Shown: one piece after another, positions 46,065 to 57,100 of the stretch
How the letters are laid out: the number at the start of each line of letters is the position of its first letter
Position numbering within the stretch: position 1 is the stretch's first letter
Assembly (NCBI GenBank): GCA_964019425.1
Contig: OZ025785.1
Span: forward strand, 1,116,001-1,180,000
DNA from: Flectonema sp. DT1601
Lineage: Eukaryota
Length of the DNA stretch: 64,000 nucleotides
Reading direction: 5' to 3'
Notes under the pieces: generated by a model
Databases searched by the model: none
Told to the model about the DNA's origin: nothing
What the model saw: only the letters and a program-made list of their open reading frames with translations
Translations under genes and position numbers: made by a program

Positions 46065-47686
46065 ACAAGATACAAATCAGCATTACGAGGCTCGAAAACA
46101 TGTCGGAAAAGGTTTTATGCAGCGAGGTAGCCTTGCGAAAAGAAGTAACTTGAATGAAGTTTCTCGGACCTCACGGAGTGTGGCGGTCTTCACGTTGAGC
46201 CCAACGATGTGCTCTCAATTTTACTTGCGATTATTATTTTCCTTTTTTCTTTTTTCCCTTCTTCTCTCCCGTTCTCCACTCCCACCGCGTTATGTATTTC
46301 AGAGATGTAACATCCAGTCGCAAATTAAGTAGCAGGCTTGCCTTCTTAAGAAAATAATTACTTTTAGTTGTGCAGTCCCCGCAATGTTAAAGTATTATTT
46401 TTATTAAGTAAGTGCAGTCTGTATCTGTAACTAAGCTTTAGCCTTGTGGATACCCTTACCGGATGTTGATAGACTGTGGGATATTATTATTATTAGTTTA
46501 AGAATCATGTGCAGTCCCCACATGATCGTTTCTATTGATCTTCATATTCACAATCATATTAATGTGACTCTTAGGTAGGATGAGGGGTCTGTTTGAGATA
46601 TTTCTCCTTTGTAATCTTTGCATTTCTTTTTCACCATCAGCAAAGTTCTATCTCTCGATCTTCTTATTATTTGAGAACACTTTTATTATCCATTATGCAT
46701 CAGTGTAAACTACGTCATCTTTATTAACATTTTTATGTCACTCGTGGTTGATATCACTTCCGTAAAGGGTAGAAGTGAGGGTTCTTTATTTTCTTTTTTG
46801 TTGTTTCCTTTGCTTCTTATTTCCTTTTAGACTGTGTGAGTGGAATTCCCTCACAAAAACTGTTTAGACGAGAACCTGCAGAAGTACACTTTCCAAGGAT
46901 GCAATGAATGTTCGTGAACCTAAAGGTCCGGCTGTTTGATTGGATAGTTTTAAATCTTTGATACTCCGTTTCCCTTCCCTCTTCCCTCAAAAAACCAAAT
47001 ATCAGTTACCTTGGTGACGCTTTTATATCTGCCTTTTTTTTTTTTCCGTTATTTTTTTTCCCTCTTTATTTTTGCAAAGCATAATCACTTTAACTTGTTT
47101 TCCTGACATATCGCGGGTTGTTCCTGAGATACAAGCTGTTCTTAGCAGCGGATAGAGAAACTTTTTAGGTTTATCTGTGAGGTAGACGAGTCCTTTCATG
47201 ATGTGATGTTTTATTTTTCTTGTCGTTGCTCAGCATTTGCGAGCTTTTTCAAAAACGGCATCATCTGTCCCTTCCCCTTTCCCTGTCCACTTTTCGCTTT
47301 TTCGATTTTCGCTTTTTTCGTTATTTTTTATTTTTTGCAACTAATGATTTATCCATCAACACATCGTTCGTGCTTGAATTTCCCACAGTTATGAGGGAAA
47401 TCGCAGCAACAAAATTTTGTTTTTTTCTCTCTTTTTTTTCGCATCTTTTTTTTTTTTTTTTTTTCCTTTTCTTTTTTTGATTATGCTACCGTGCAATTGA
47501 CTTTGAAAAAATTGCTGAGCCAACTACAGTGATAAAAAAAATGTATTTACTTAATTTTTTGAACAGGAAAAACCCTCTGCTTGGAATGTATGAGCGAGAT
47601 ACTCACCACGTAGTCAAGTTGTAGAGACATATGTAATTATTAGTTACAATTTTTCATCAGATACTTCATGTTCATGTCTAGTCGAC

Positions 47687-49603
47687 ATGAACACAAAATT
47701 AAGATGCTTGTTGGGTTTATTAGCAATAAACATGTTGGTGTTTATTTGGTATCTCAGTCAGAATTCAGAGCGTAACTTGTTTGTTGAAACGACTAATGCT
47801 AATGTGGGGATTGCAATAAAAGTAAAAATTAACAAAATTACAACAAATGAATTGCTGCTTACGTCAAGAGAAGTTTTCAAAAAAAGGAATGAAAATATCA
47901 CATGTGCTGTAGCAAACCACGCACAGTCTTCAGAGATATGGCAACCCATGCAGAGTGATGGTATATGTTCATGGAAGCTTTTAAGATTCGCTGGACTCAT
48001 TGAGGATTATAGTAATTTATCATCGGAGAATTCTGCTCTTCCATCGCTGCAATGTTTGTTTGAGTTCAGGAGATTTTACTCAGTTAGTAATGGTGAAATC
48101 GATTTATTTCCCTTGGGAGGGCAGCCACAACAATTTACGTACCTCCCTCACATCAACACTTCGAGAATGCAATCAGCGTCTATAAAGTGGTGTGCTGATA
48201 GACAGAAATGGATAGGGTGTCGAACATGTGGTTATTCTTGCAATCAGTTTTCAAAATTTGTTAATGAAGACGTCGAGCTTGAGTATCCAATAAAAACAAG
48301 TGTTCGTTTAGTACTTGACAGGAGTAATAAATATATTAAAGACGATTGCTATTTACGTTTTCAGAATGAATTCAACGGAACTGGTGACTTTGACACTGCC
48401 TGTCAAGACTATCCAATACTCAATGATACGGAAGCTACTGTAGAGTCATTTGGTTCTAGGAAATTGCTGAGCAAGTATAAACTTGCTAACCCTTTTAGAT
48501 TCCGGCTTTTTGGTAAAACCCAAGATCAAGCAAAGATGATGCTTACCGCGGGTAGAATGGGATTTCGAACTATCTGGAGACCGTCATCAGAGTTTCCGTA
48601 TGCTTCTTGTAAGGGAAGGACTAGAAGGGAATTAACTTTCTTTTTCGGAAGGAGAATCCATCGAAAATTAGTTTCAACGAATATTGGACATTGGCTTCAC
48701 GATAATTATTTTCCCATGTTCTCAACGATTCACAGCTATGTAAACCTTTTAAGTGGAGAACGACAACGATACCGAGTAGTAGCCATTGATGATGCCTGGC
48801 AATACGCGTGGAAACAGACTTGGGCAGTTGGTCCTTTGGGATATCTACTGGAAGCGATAGCTCCAAAAAGACCAATTCTTGTATACAAAACTTGTTACAC
48901 AAATGCGATATTTGATTGTCCGAAAGCTAACTCAATGGCTCCAATGGAATACTTGCAAAAATGGTTGGAATTTAAACACCAGATGTCATTTTCACCCATA
49001 CCAGATATTGTTGATCAACAGAGAGTGTTGTTACTAATGCTTCGGAGATCATCGTCATCGAGAAGTATTGAAAACTATAAAGAAATGATATCCCTAGCTG
49101 AACAAAGACAATGGAATGTTTCAGTTCCATTACATCCTTCTAATTCGTCAATATACGGAAAAATGATTGACATCTTACCAATCTTACAAACTACATCTTT
49201 ACTTGTTGGATTTCATGGAGCAGAACTATCACCAATGATATTCATGCCAAGGTACTCAGTTGTGATTGAGATTGTTCCATTGTATTTCAAATATCTGGAT
49301 GGTTGGTATATTCATCAAGCGAATGCTTCTTCTCATCACCTAATAAGATGGTCTCCAACGAACAGTAGTCTTCACTATGGACCGTCGTGGGAGTCCTCTG
49401 ACGCGTATTCAAGAAATAAAAGATACGAAGATATATTTTATTCAACAAGAAAAGACTTTAATCGAATTCATGAATTTGGTGCGCGCAGTATGAGAAGTGG
49501 ACTGCGAGCTTCTATGGACGAGTGGTCCCAATTGCTTCAAATTTCAGAAGGAATTTTAAAAAATGACGGAATGAACAGAACAAGACACAATTACACTCAA
49601 TAA
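47687..49603 (+). CDS. Type II membrane glycosyltransferase, GT61 (DUF563)-like, 638 aa, intronless
   Basis: N-terminal TM helix (CLLGLLAINMLVFIWYL). GT61-type motifs NIGHWLHD..FP.F, RR....RSIEN..E and LLVGFHGAELSPMIFMP..SVVIEIVP. Confidence 0.85.
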   Translation: MNTKLRCLLGLLAINMLVFIWYLSQNSERNLFVETTNANVGIAIKVKINKITTNELLLTSREVFKKRNENITCAVANHAQSSEIWQPMQSDGICSWKLLRFAGLIEDYSNLSSENSALPSLQCLFEFRRFYSVSNGEIDLFPLGGQPQQFTYLPHINTSRMQSASIKWCADRQKWIGCRTCGYSCNQFSKFVNEDVELEYPIKTSVRLVLDRSNKYIKDDCYLRFQNEFNGTGDFDTACQDYPILNDTEATVESFGSRKLLSKYKLANPFRFRLFGKTQDQAKMMLTAGRMGFRTIWRPSSEFPYASCKGRTRRELTFFFGRRIHRKLVSTNIGHWLHDNYFPMFSTIHSYVNLLSGERQRYRVVAIDDAWQYAWKQTWAVGPLGYLLEAIAPKRPILVYKTCYTNAIFDCPKANSMAPMEYLQKWLEFKHQMSFSPIPDIVDQQRVLLLMLRRSSSSRSIENYKEMISLAEQRQWNVSVPLHPSNSSIYGKMIDILPILQTTSLLVGFHGAELSPMIFMPRYSVVIEIVPLYFKYLDGWYIHQANASSHHLIRWSPTNSSLHYGPSWESSDAYSRNKRYEDIFYSTRKDFNRIHEFGARSMRSGLRASMDEWSQLLQISEGILKNDGMNRTRHNYTQ

Positions 49604-49920
49604 AAACTCCAAAAAAAAAAAAAAAAAAAAACTTCGCAAAAAGCCAATCACAGATGTTTTTTTTTTTTTTTGTTTCTTTACTTTTTTGAGTTCAGGTTTT
49701 TTTTTCTTCTTTATTTCTTTTGTATCCCATTAGAGGTAGTGGGCATTCGTTAGCATTTTAATTACACTTTTTATTATTAAGTCGTTTGTTTAATTAATTC
49801 ATTTTCTCAAATTGTAGTTTGTCCCCTAGTGTAGAATTATTATTACCTATCTAACAGATCAATAATGATATTATTTATCGGTTAATCAGTTTTGCAGAGC
49901 TCATGTGTAATAATAATATT

Positions 49921-49932
49921 TTTCATTTTCAG
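49921..49932 (+). promoter_or_regulatory. Candidate trans-splice (SL) acceptor TTTCATTTTCAG
   Basis: Pyrimidine tract plus AG 25 nt upstream of ATG 49957. Similar sites end at 11843, 47660, 53262 and 53872. Confidence 0.4.
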
Positions 49933-49956
49933 ATCCATTTTATTTATAAACGACAA

Positions 49957-51313
49957 ATGGGATTAGACGACAAGGATGCAGCAATCATGGGGTTCTGTGT
50001 GGTTTGTATTTTTGAAAATATTTGTCAAACTTTATTATGCTAAAACCAACAACAGCAACAACAACAACAAACAACAAAAAACAGGGGGCCGCCGCACTTG
50101 TGTTTCTTGTCTGTGCAGCGAAGTGCATGAGGAAAGATCCTGAACAACACGAACAGATTCCACTAACAACAACAAGAGCACCAGACTCTTTCACAGCAGT
50201 ACCAGCACCTCCTGCTCAAGTAGCAGTAGCGATTGATGATATCAGTGAAGAAGAAGAAGATGTTGCTGTTGGTGCTATAATTGATGACAGTAACGATGAT
50301 GACTATGGTGCTTTCGGTATCGAAAGAACTGAAAAGATGGATGGTAAAATCGTAGAAGGAGGACGTGGAAATCAAATGCTCGACAGATCTGAAGCATACG
50401 ACAAACTAGTAAAGTTCTGCTTCAGAGTCAGATTCAGAAGAACAGTTAAACTATGGAAGAAACAGGAAACTGCCAGAAGATCTCGTCTTGCTGAGGGAGT
50501 CACTGGTTCAATCAAATTAGGTGTAACAGGACAGATGTCCGTCTCTTTAGTCGCAAAAGACGGTCCTGCAGAAGCCGCAGGAGTCAAGTTGGGAGACATC
50601 TTATTAGTTGTTCAGAGAATTGGTCGTGGTGGTGCTACTTTTAACCATCCTCTGAGAGACAGACCTCACTTCTTGGGATCTATTGGACCACAAGCAGAGG
50701 TCTTTAATGGAACAACAATAAAGATAATCGCCGCCACCACTGATGAACAAAAGAAAAAGTGGATGAGCAGCGCAAGCGAAAAGGACACCAAGTTAGATGG
50801 ATGGATGGAAAGAGTAAATGCTTGTAACCCAATTACCTACACTGTCATTCTTGGTGATGAAACAGATTCTGCTCGTGCGAGTAGAAGAAAACACATGACA
50901 AATATCGCGAAGAAGAAGGAACTTAAAATTGACGTCGAGTTTGTAGACAGTTTCTTGTATGTCTTTTTTATTCACTTCACAAACTTAAGAAAACAATTCT
51001 GAAACTAAAACAACAACAAAACAGGTCTGACGCTGGTAAGTGTAAAGACTTCGTTAGAACAGTATTCGACAAGGCTGATACTGATGGATCAGGTTACCTG
51101 GATATCGATGAGATTCACAACGTATTTATTGAATTAACAAGAGTTACTGGTCTAGCAGAACCAGATCGTAAAGAGAGTGTAAGAATGTTCTCTGTAATGG
51201 ACGAGTCTCATGATCAGCAGGTCAGCTTTGATGAATTCTACCCGTACTTCAGAACTAAAATGATTCTAATGATAACAAATGAGTTCGTTGAATCGGGTCA
51301 GGATGAAGAATAG
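49957..51313 (+). CDS. Membrane-anchored PDZ-like + 2 EF-hand protein, 401 aa; exons 49957..50001, 50085..50956, 51025..51313
   Basis: The spliced N-terminus forms a TM helix (AIMGFCV|GAAALVFLVCAA). PDZ motif VSLVAKDGPAEAAGVKLGDILL. Exon 3 gives EF loops DTDGSGYLDIDE and DESHDQQVSFDE. Introns GTTTGT...AAAACAG (50002..50084) and GTATGT...AAAACAG (50957..51024) keep the frame. Stop TAG at 51311. Confidence 0.85.
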
Positions 51314-53296
51314 AAGTCATTTGTTGTATTTCCCGTATGAAATGACTCCCCTGTTTTCTTTCTTTTCTTCTTTCTCTCTTTTTTTTTTTTCCCCCCCTCT
51401 CTTTTGGTTTCCACCAACCCTATGCGCTGCTTCAGCCGTCTTCGCTTTCCCCCCACGGGCATTTTCACAGAGGCTTAAAGCATTTTAATTATTCTGTTGG
51501 ACTGGTGATGTTGCTATTCTCAACGACGGATGTGCGCTATGTGCTGTCCATTTACGGGTGTATCAGTGCTGTGTTGTTTGTAATGAAGCAGCAGTTGGTT
51601 GCCTATCACTGACGAATGTAGTGACAATTATCCCCCCTGTAACAAATACGGTTGTTTGCGCGTACCCCCACTGTTGATGTGAATTGGGTGGCTATCGTTC
51701 CTGATTGTTTGGCTTTTTTTGGATTCAGTTTTTGTTCTTGATTTTCTTTTTACTGCATCGGGAACGTTTGGCTCTTGTAGAAATACCCAAGCTGGCCTCT
51801 CAACTTTGCTTTTTTTTTTTTTTTTTTGTTTTCCTTTTTTTCCCCATTGTAGTTTGTTGCTGAAAGTTTCCCCCATGCCCCCTGGGTAGGCGTAGGCGAT
51901 ATCAACAAGAGTTCATATGCAGCTCCTAAACTTTGGCGCTGCCCTTGTCGACCCTTCATAAGTGTTTTACACAAATAGTTATATTGAATTCGTCTTTTTC
52001 GTCCGCGGGAAAAAAAAAAAAAAGAAAAGAAAAATAAATAATAAAAACGAAAAAAAAAGGTAGGGGGAAAAAAAAAAGAAAGAAAAAAAACAACCTCTTT
52101 GAGTTTTTTCAAGAACGAATATCCAGAGTGAATGTGATTCCCTCTTTTCTTACATATTTTCCCCACGCAATACTCCAATTTTCGGAAAATTCGTTTCGAT
52201 TGTTCCTTTTTGGTTGTAAAAGTGTGAGAAAGAACAAAACGAGGAGCAGAGCAGGGGAAGAAAAAAAAAAAAAAAAAAGAAAAAAAAATCCCTACAGCGG
52301 CAAACAAACCTTCGACAAATCACTTTTTAGCTATACTGTAAGTGTATAAACTGCAGAATTCTTTTTATTTTTTTTTATAAATTATTTTGTAATAATAATT
52401 TGCATTCATGTACAAATTCGAGACGTCAGCATGTGACTTCTTCTCCTTTGAAAAAAGAATACCTGCTGGAAGGGATTAAAAAAAAAAAGTGAAAAAGGGA
52501 AGAAAAAGTGAATATAAAAAAAAAAGAGGGTGGGGGGGGGCAGTCTGTATAACTCACTTGATACTTTGAATCAAGGAATGACTGCCTGGAAGGAAATGAA
52601 ATGCTAAATATCATTTCATAGAGACCAGTGAGTGGCACGGCACGACTGCGCTGCTTCTACTTAGCGCCAGCCCATGACTCAATCGGAGAAAGTTAAATAT
52701 TTTTATTGATAACACCTTTCTCCCTCCATAAAAAAAAAAAAAAAAGGAAAACGCATCTTTTCCCCCATTTTTTTTTTTTTTTTTTTTTTTTTTGCAAGCC
52801 GGGGAGTTATTTGAAGATATATTTCCGATACGTGTCTTTCCGTCACTCGGCTTTTTCTTTTAAAATGAATTTTATACACACTTTCTATAAAGTATTAGGA
52901 TGTGCTAACAGGAATAGTTACTTAATTAGTAGTCATTTTGTCCACACGCGCTCTCCATTTTAAAGTGGAATTCGTTTCACTGTTTGAGATTGTAGTAACG
53001 TTACAGAATGTGGATTTTTTTTTTTTCCCTTTCCCCACAATCCCATTATTTTTTTTGCGTTCCCACTCAAATCCCCCGTCAACCCATCCCAAAAGAACGA
53101 ACTCTATTTAACACGTACTGTAGCCGTGAATGTGTGTAAAGTTGCGTTGCTTTTAATTTTCTATTCCTTACTAAAGCACTATGGTGGTGTTTGATGGGAA
53201 GCCAGTCGTGAAGCAAAAAATGTTTATTTTTTATTTTTTTTTAATCACCATCCTTCTTTCAGACACTTCTCTGCTATACACACAACACTTTTAACG

Positions 53297-53592
53297 ATGA
53301 CCACTATTCTCGCTTCACCGGTTGCTGATGACAAAACATTTCAGGTTTGTATTTGTTATTGTGTTTGTTATTTATTTCTGATAATAAACAAAAAATAATA
53401 ATAATAATAAAAAATCAGGACATCAAGACTGAGTTGGCGACACACGGACATGGTGGTGAGAGCAACCACATGACTACTGTTAAGGTGGCAACTTTTCAAA
53501 ATGTTCCAAACCACGCTGAAGTCTTAAAGAAGCTCTCCGACAAGTTCAATGGCGTCACTTTCGAACTCGATGGTGAAGTTAGAGCTTGTTAA
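53297..53592 (+). CDS. Small 73-aa protein, possible peptidase inhibitor I9 (subtilisin-propeptide-like); exons 53297..53344, 53419..53592
   Basis: MTTILASPVADDKTFQ|DIKTELATHGHGGESNHMTTVKVATFQNVPNHAEVLKKLSDKFNGVTFELDGEVRAC. Phase-0 intron GTTTGT...AAAAATCAG. Size and C-terminal E-x-DGEV-x-A recall I9 members. The gene is well supported; the family call is tentative. Confidence 0.7.
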
Positions 53593-54173
53593 TCGGCTTT
53601 TAGCTATTCTTAAAAGAAAAAAAAAAAAAAATTAAGAACGAAAACGAAATATTATAGTTCCCTCCTCTGCGTATTTAGCCCCATCGATCGTTTTTCTTCG
53701 ATGTGTTTTTTTTGATGTAAGCGAAAGAGTGACTGCTTTGTTTGTGACACGATAGAATTCATTTCATAGTAATAATTAGGTCTTCTAATGCCTAAACTTT
53801 GCTTGTTGGAATTTTCGTTTTGGACAGTGTGCGCATGTTCCTTCTCTTCTTTTGTTATGAGACTTTCCACAGCAAGGTAAAATACAAGTAGCTGAAGGTA
53901 ATATTTTCCCCCACATGTGAAAATTGCTTGCTCGTGTGCTTGAGTACTGATTTTGTCTTTTTGTGTAGAGATTATTTATTGTTGTTATTTTATCCAATGC
54001 AGGATGGGAGGGGTGAAGAACAAAAAAAAAAAAAAAAAAGATTAGAGACCGGAAAATACAAAAGAAATAACAAAAAAAAAAAAATAACAACAAACCAATT
54101 AGAATAGATAAAACACACACTAAGAAATAGCAGCCTCCCCACTCCAACTGACAGACAGACACTAGTAATAGGA

Positions 54174-57100
54174 ATGAGAAGAAGCGGACAGAAAAGTCAG
54201 CCTGCAAGCGGAAGATATCCGGCATTGCCTGATGTTGCTGCAAATTATCATAATTATGAACGACCTGAGAGAAGGGCTTTGGGATCTGATGGAGTTGGAT
54301 GGAACTACGATAGAAGTTCTGCAGCTATTGTAAGAGGAGCACCAGAAGATATTCGAAGACTTGGATCAGAACCATTAAACGAAATCATGAGCTCACCAAT
54401 GAGATCTTCACCTGTCTCAACTCGTAGATCTACTCGTCGACGAGAGTATCACGATGTATCACTCGCTTCAATTAATATTGTTAAAGTTGGTATTGAAGTT
54501 TGGGTCAGAGCAAGACCACTTCTACCTCATGAGAATCGCCTCACACCTTTACCACCTGCTGTTAAGATGTATCCAACTGATCATACTGGTGCTGTAACAA
54601 TATGTAACCCAGCAGCAATGACAGCTGCAGCACTAGCTACAAGTTATCAATCATATTGTGTTGATAAGTCTTTTTGGAGTGCTTCAGAACAGTCAAAATC
54701 TGGAGCAAAATATGCATCTCAGCAAGACATTCACAACTCCTTATCAGAAGCAGTGGATATGGTCTACGCTGGATACAATTATTCAATTATGGCTTACGGT
54801 CCTATGAGATCTGGTAAGACCTACACAATGTTCGGACCTCCAAAGACCGCACGGAGTAGATACGATGATAGTGAGGTTGGGTTGGTACCCAGACTAGCAG
54901 ATGCTTTGATTGATAAAATATCATTTTTTAACTCTCAAAACACCATCAGAAGAATGTACCTCGAAATGGCTGTCGTTGAGGTTTATATGAACGACGCTTA
55001 TGATTTGCTGAATACGAAATCAGGTAAACCTGTTCAGGTGACAATTCAAAGTAAACAATCACCTTATGGAGAACAACGTCAAGCGAGTATACCTGGACTA
55101 CAATGGCGATCGGTTAGTTCAAGATCACAATTCCACACTGTCATGAGTGATGCTTTGAGAAAGAGAGAACACGCTAGAGTTACAGATCCATCAGTTGACG
55201 GATCCTCAAAGAGTCATTTAATAGTATTACTGCAAGTTACAACAACATTTGGAAGATCAACTGTCCCACTTCACAACGCTGGACTGTTAGCAGAAGATCG
55301 AGAAGAGCGTACTCGTTTCAGTAGATCAACATTAACATTAGTAGACTTGGCAGGTTCTGAAGATCTTAGAAAAGGAACCATCGGTATGACCAGAGATGAG
55401 ACGGTCGCAATCAATAAATCACTTTCGATTCTTCGAATGGTTCTCGAAAGACTGTCGTCAGCATCGACTTCTTCACCTTCGAGATTCCACGACAACACTC
55501 ACATCCCATTTAGAGATTCTACTCTTACGAAAGTCTTAATAAACAGTTTGGGAGGTAATTGTAAGACTGTAGTGATATCGACTATTTCACCTCACGCGTC
55601 TTCCTACAAGGAAACCAAACAGACGCTGCGGTTTTCAGAGATAGTGAAAGACGTCAGTTCTCTAGTGACTTACACAACACCAGACCCAACAATTGAAACA
55701 CGAATGAACCAATTACGAAGAACTCTTCAAGAAGATATGACTTTATCAACATCACAAAGAGAGGAGTTGAAAGGTCTTCTGTTTGATGAATCTGAGGAGC
55801 TTCGTCGTTATGAAATTAGCAACCGTATGCTTCAAGAGTTTGAAAGTGATAAGGTTAAAAAACGAGCAGCACACCAAGAACTTGTAAATAATTTTAATGA
55901 AATTATTACTGCTACTGGAGAACGAGAACAAACTGTTGAATCAGCTTTAAAGGAAGCTCAACAGGCCAGTAAGATTATGATGGACAAGCTTGCTGAGCTT
56001 GATTCAAAAATAAATCGAGGGACTGGTGACCCAAACTTACTGCACCTCGAAAGGCAACGTGTTGGGGGACAATTAAAAAGAGCAGCTGAGCAACAAAATA
56101 AATTACAAGGATTGCAGTCGGAATTATTATCTCATCTCGACAACCATAACTTCACTCACAGTCCTGCAGCTGCTCTAGAACGTGGTAGTTTCGCAGAGGG
56201 TGATGGGGATGGTGATGCTTTCTTTGAAGGGGCAAATCCTCATTCTCAGCAGCTTCCTTCACCAGCAGCTTCTCCATCAGCAGATCGCTCGCCTATAGTT
56301 GAACGATATGAAAGTTCTTATTCAGCTGTTCCTGTATCACCACTCAATGAACAACAATCTATAAGAAAAGACGTTGCTGTTGATACTTCTTCACTAACAC
56401 CTGTGAAGGAACACACGGGAACACAGTCGGAGATGCAGACGAATTTTGCATCGTCTCCTCGCAGGTCACTTCAAATGGATGCGAGCAGTTCAGAAGCACC
56501 TCAAATATCAGCTCAGGTATTAGGTATAAATAATGATCAAGGAGTTAGTGTGTTATTATCAACAAGTACTCCAACAAGGTTTCATTATTCAATAACAGTT
56601 GGGAGATCAGAGTGTGCTCCAGACACTCCAAGTGCGTTAACTGATGTTATGCAAGATCCATTGTCATGTTCTGAAGCTGTTGGAATCGGTTCATTAGTTG
56701 TTAACCCCGGTAGAAATCAAACAATAACATTACCAACATCAATGAATAGACAAGAAACGATTCTTAGTGATAACCAAACTGATACTTCGTATTGTTTAGC
56801 ATTCCTTACTGAAGGTATTGGTGGCGGTTCGAGTATTGGTACGGAAGTTCAACAAATTGTATTCAGCAATACTGCATCTGATCCTGAGAGATTACGAGAT
56901 GATGAAGCTCTGAACCTTTCAACTTTATTAAAAACATTAAAAGATCTCCCTGGAGATGGAACTGGTGTCAAACATGAAATTAATAACATAACTGAGGCGG
57001 CTTGTTCTCTTGCGAGACTAGGTCCTGGTGCTGCGGAGGTCGCAATTTCAAAACTTGCACAACAAATTCACAGACAAGAACCACTAACAGTTGATGAAAT

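Noticed and set aside
45542..46545. 1-kb segment as a transposon insertion
   Set aside because: No terminal inverted repeats, clear target-site duplication or coding capacity found. Kept only as an indel observation.
49604..49631. Poly(A) right after the intronless GT61 gene as evidence of a retrocopy
   Set aside because: Long A/T homopolymers are ubiquitous in these spacers and no target-site duplication was seen.
51314..53260. Short ORFs in the spacer between the EF-hand gene and the small gene
   Set aside because: Products of poly-A/T tracts (poly-F, poly-K) with no coding signature.
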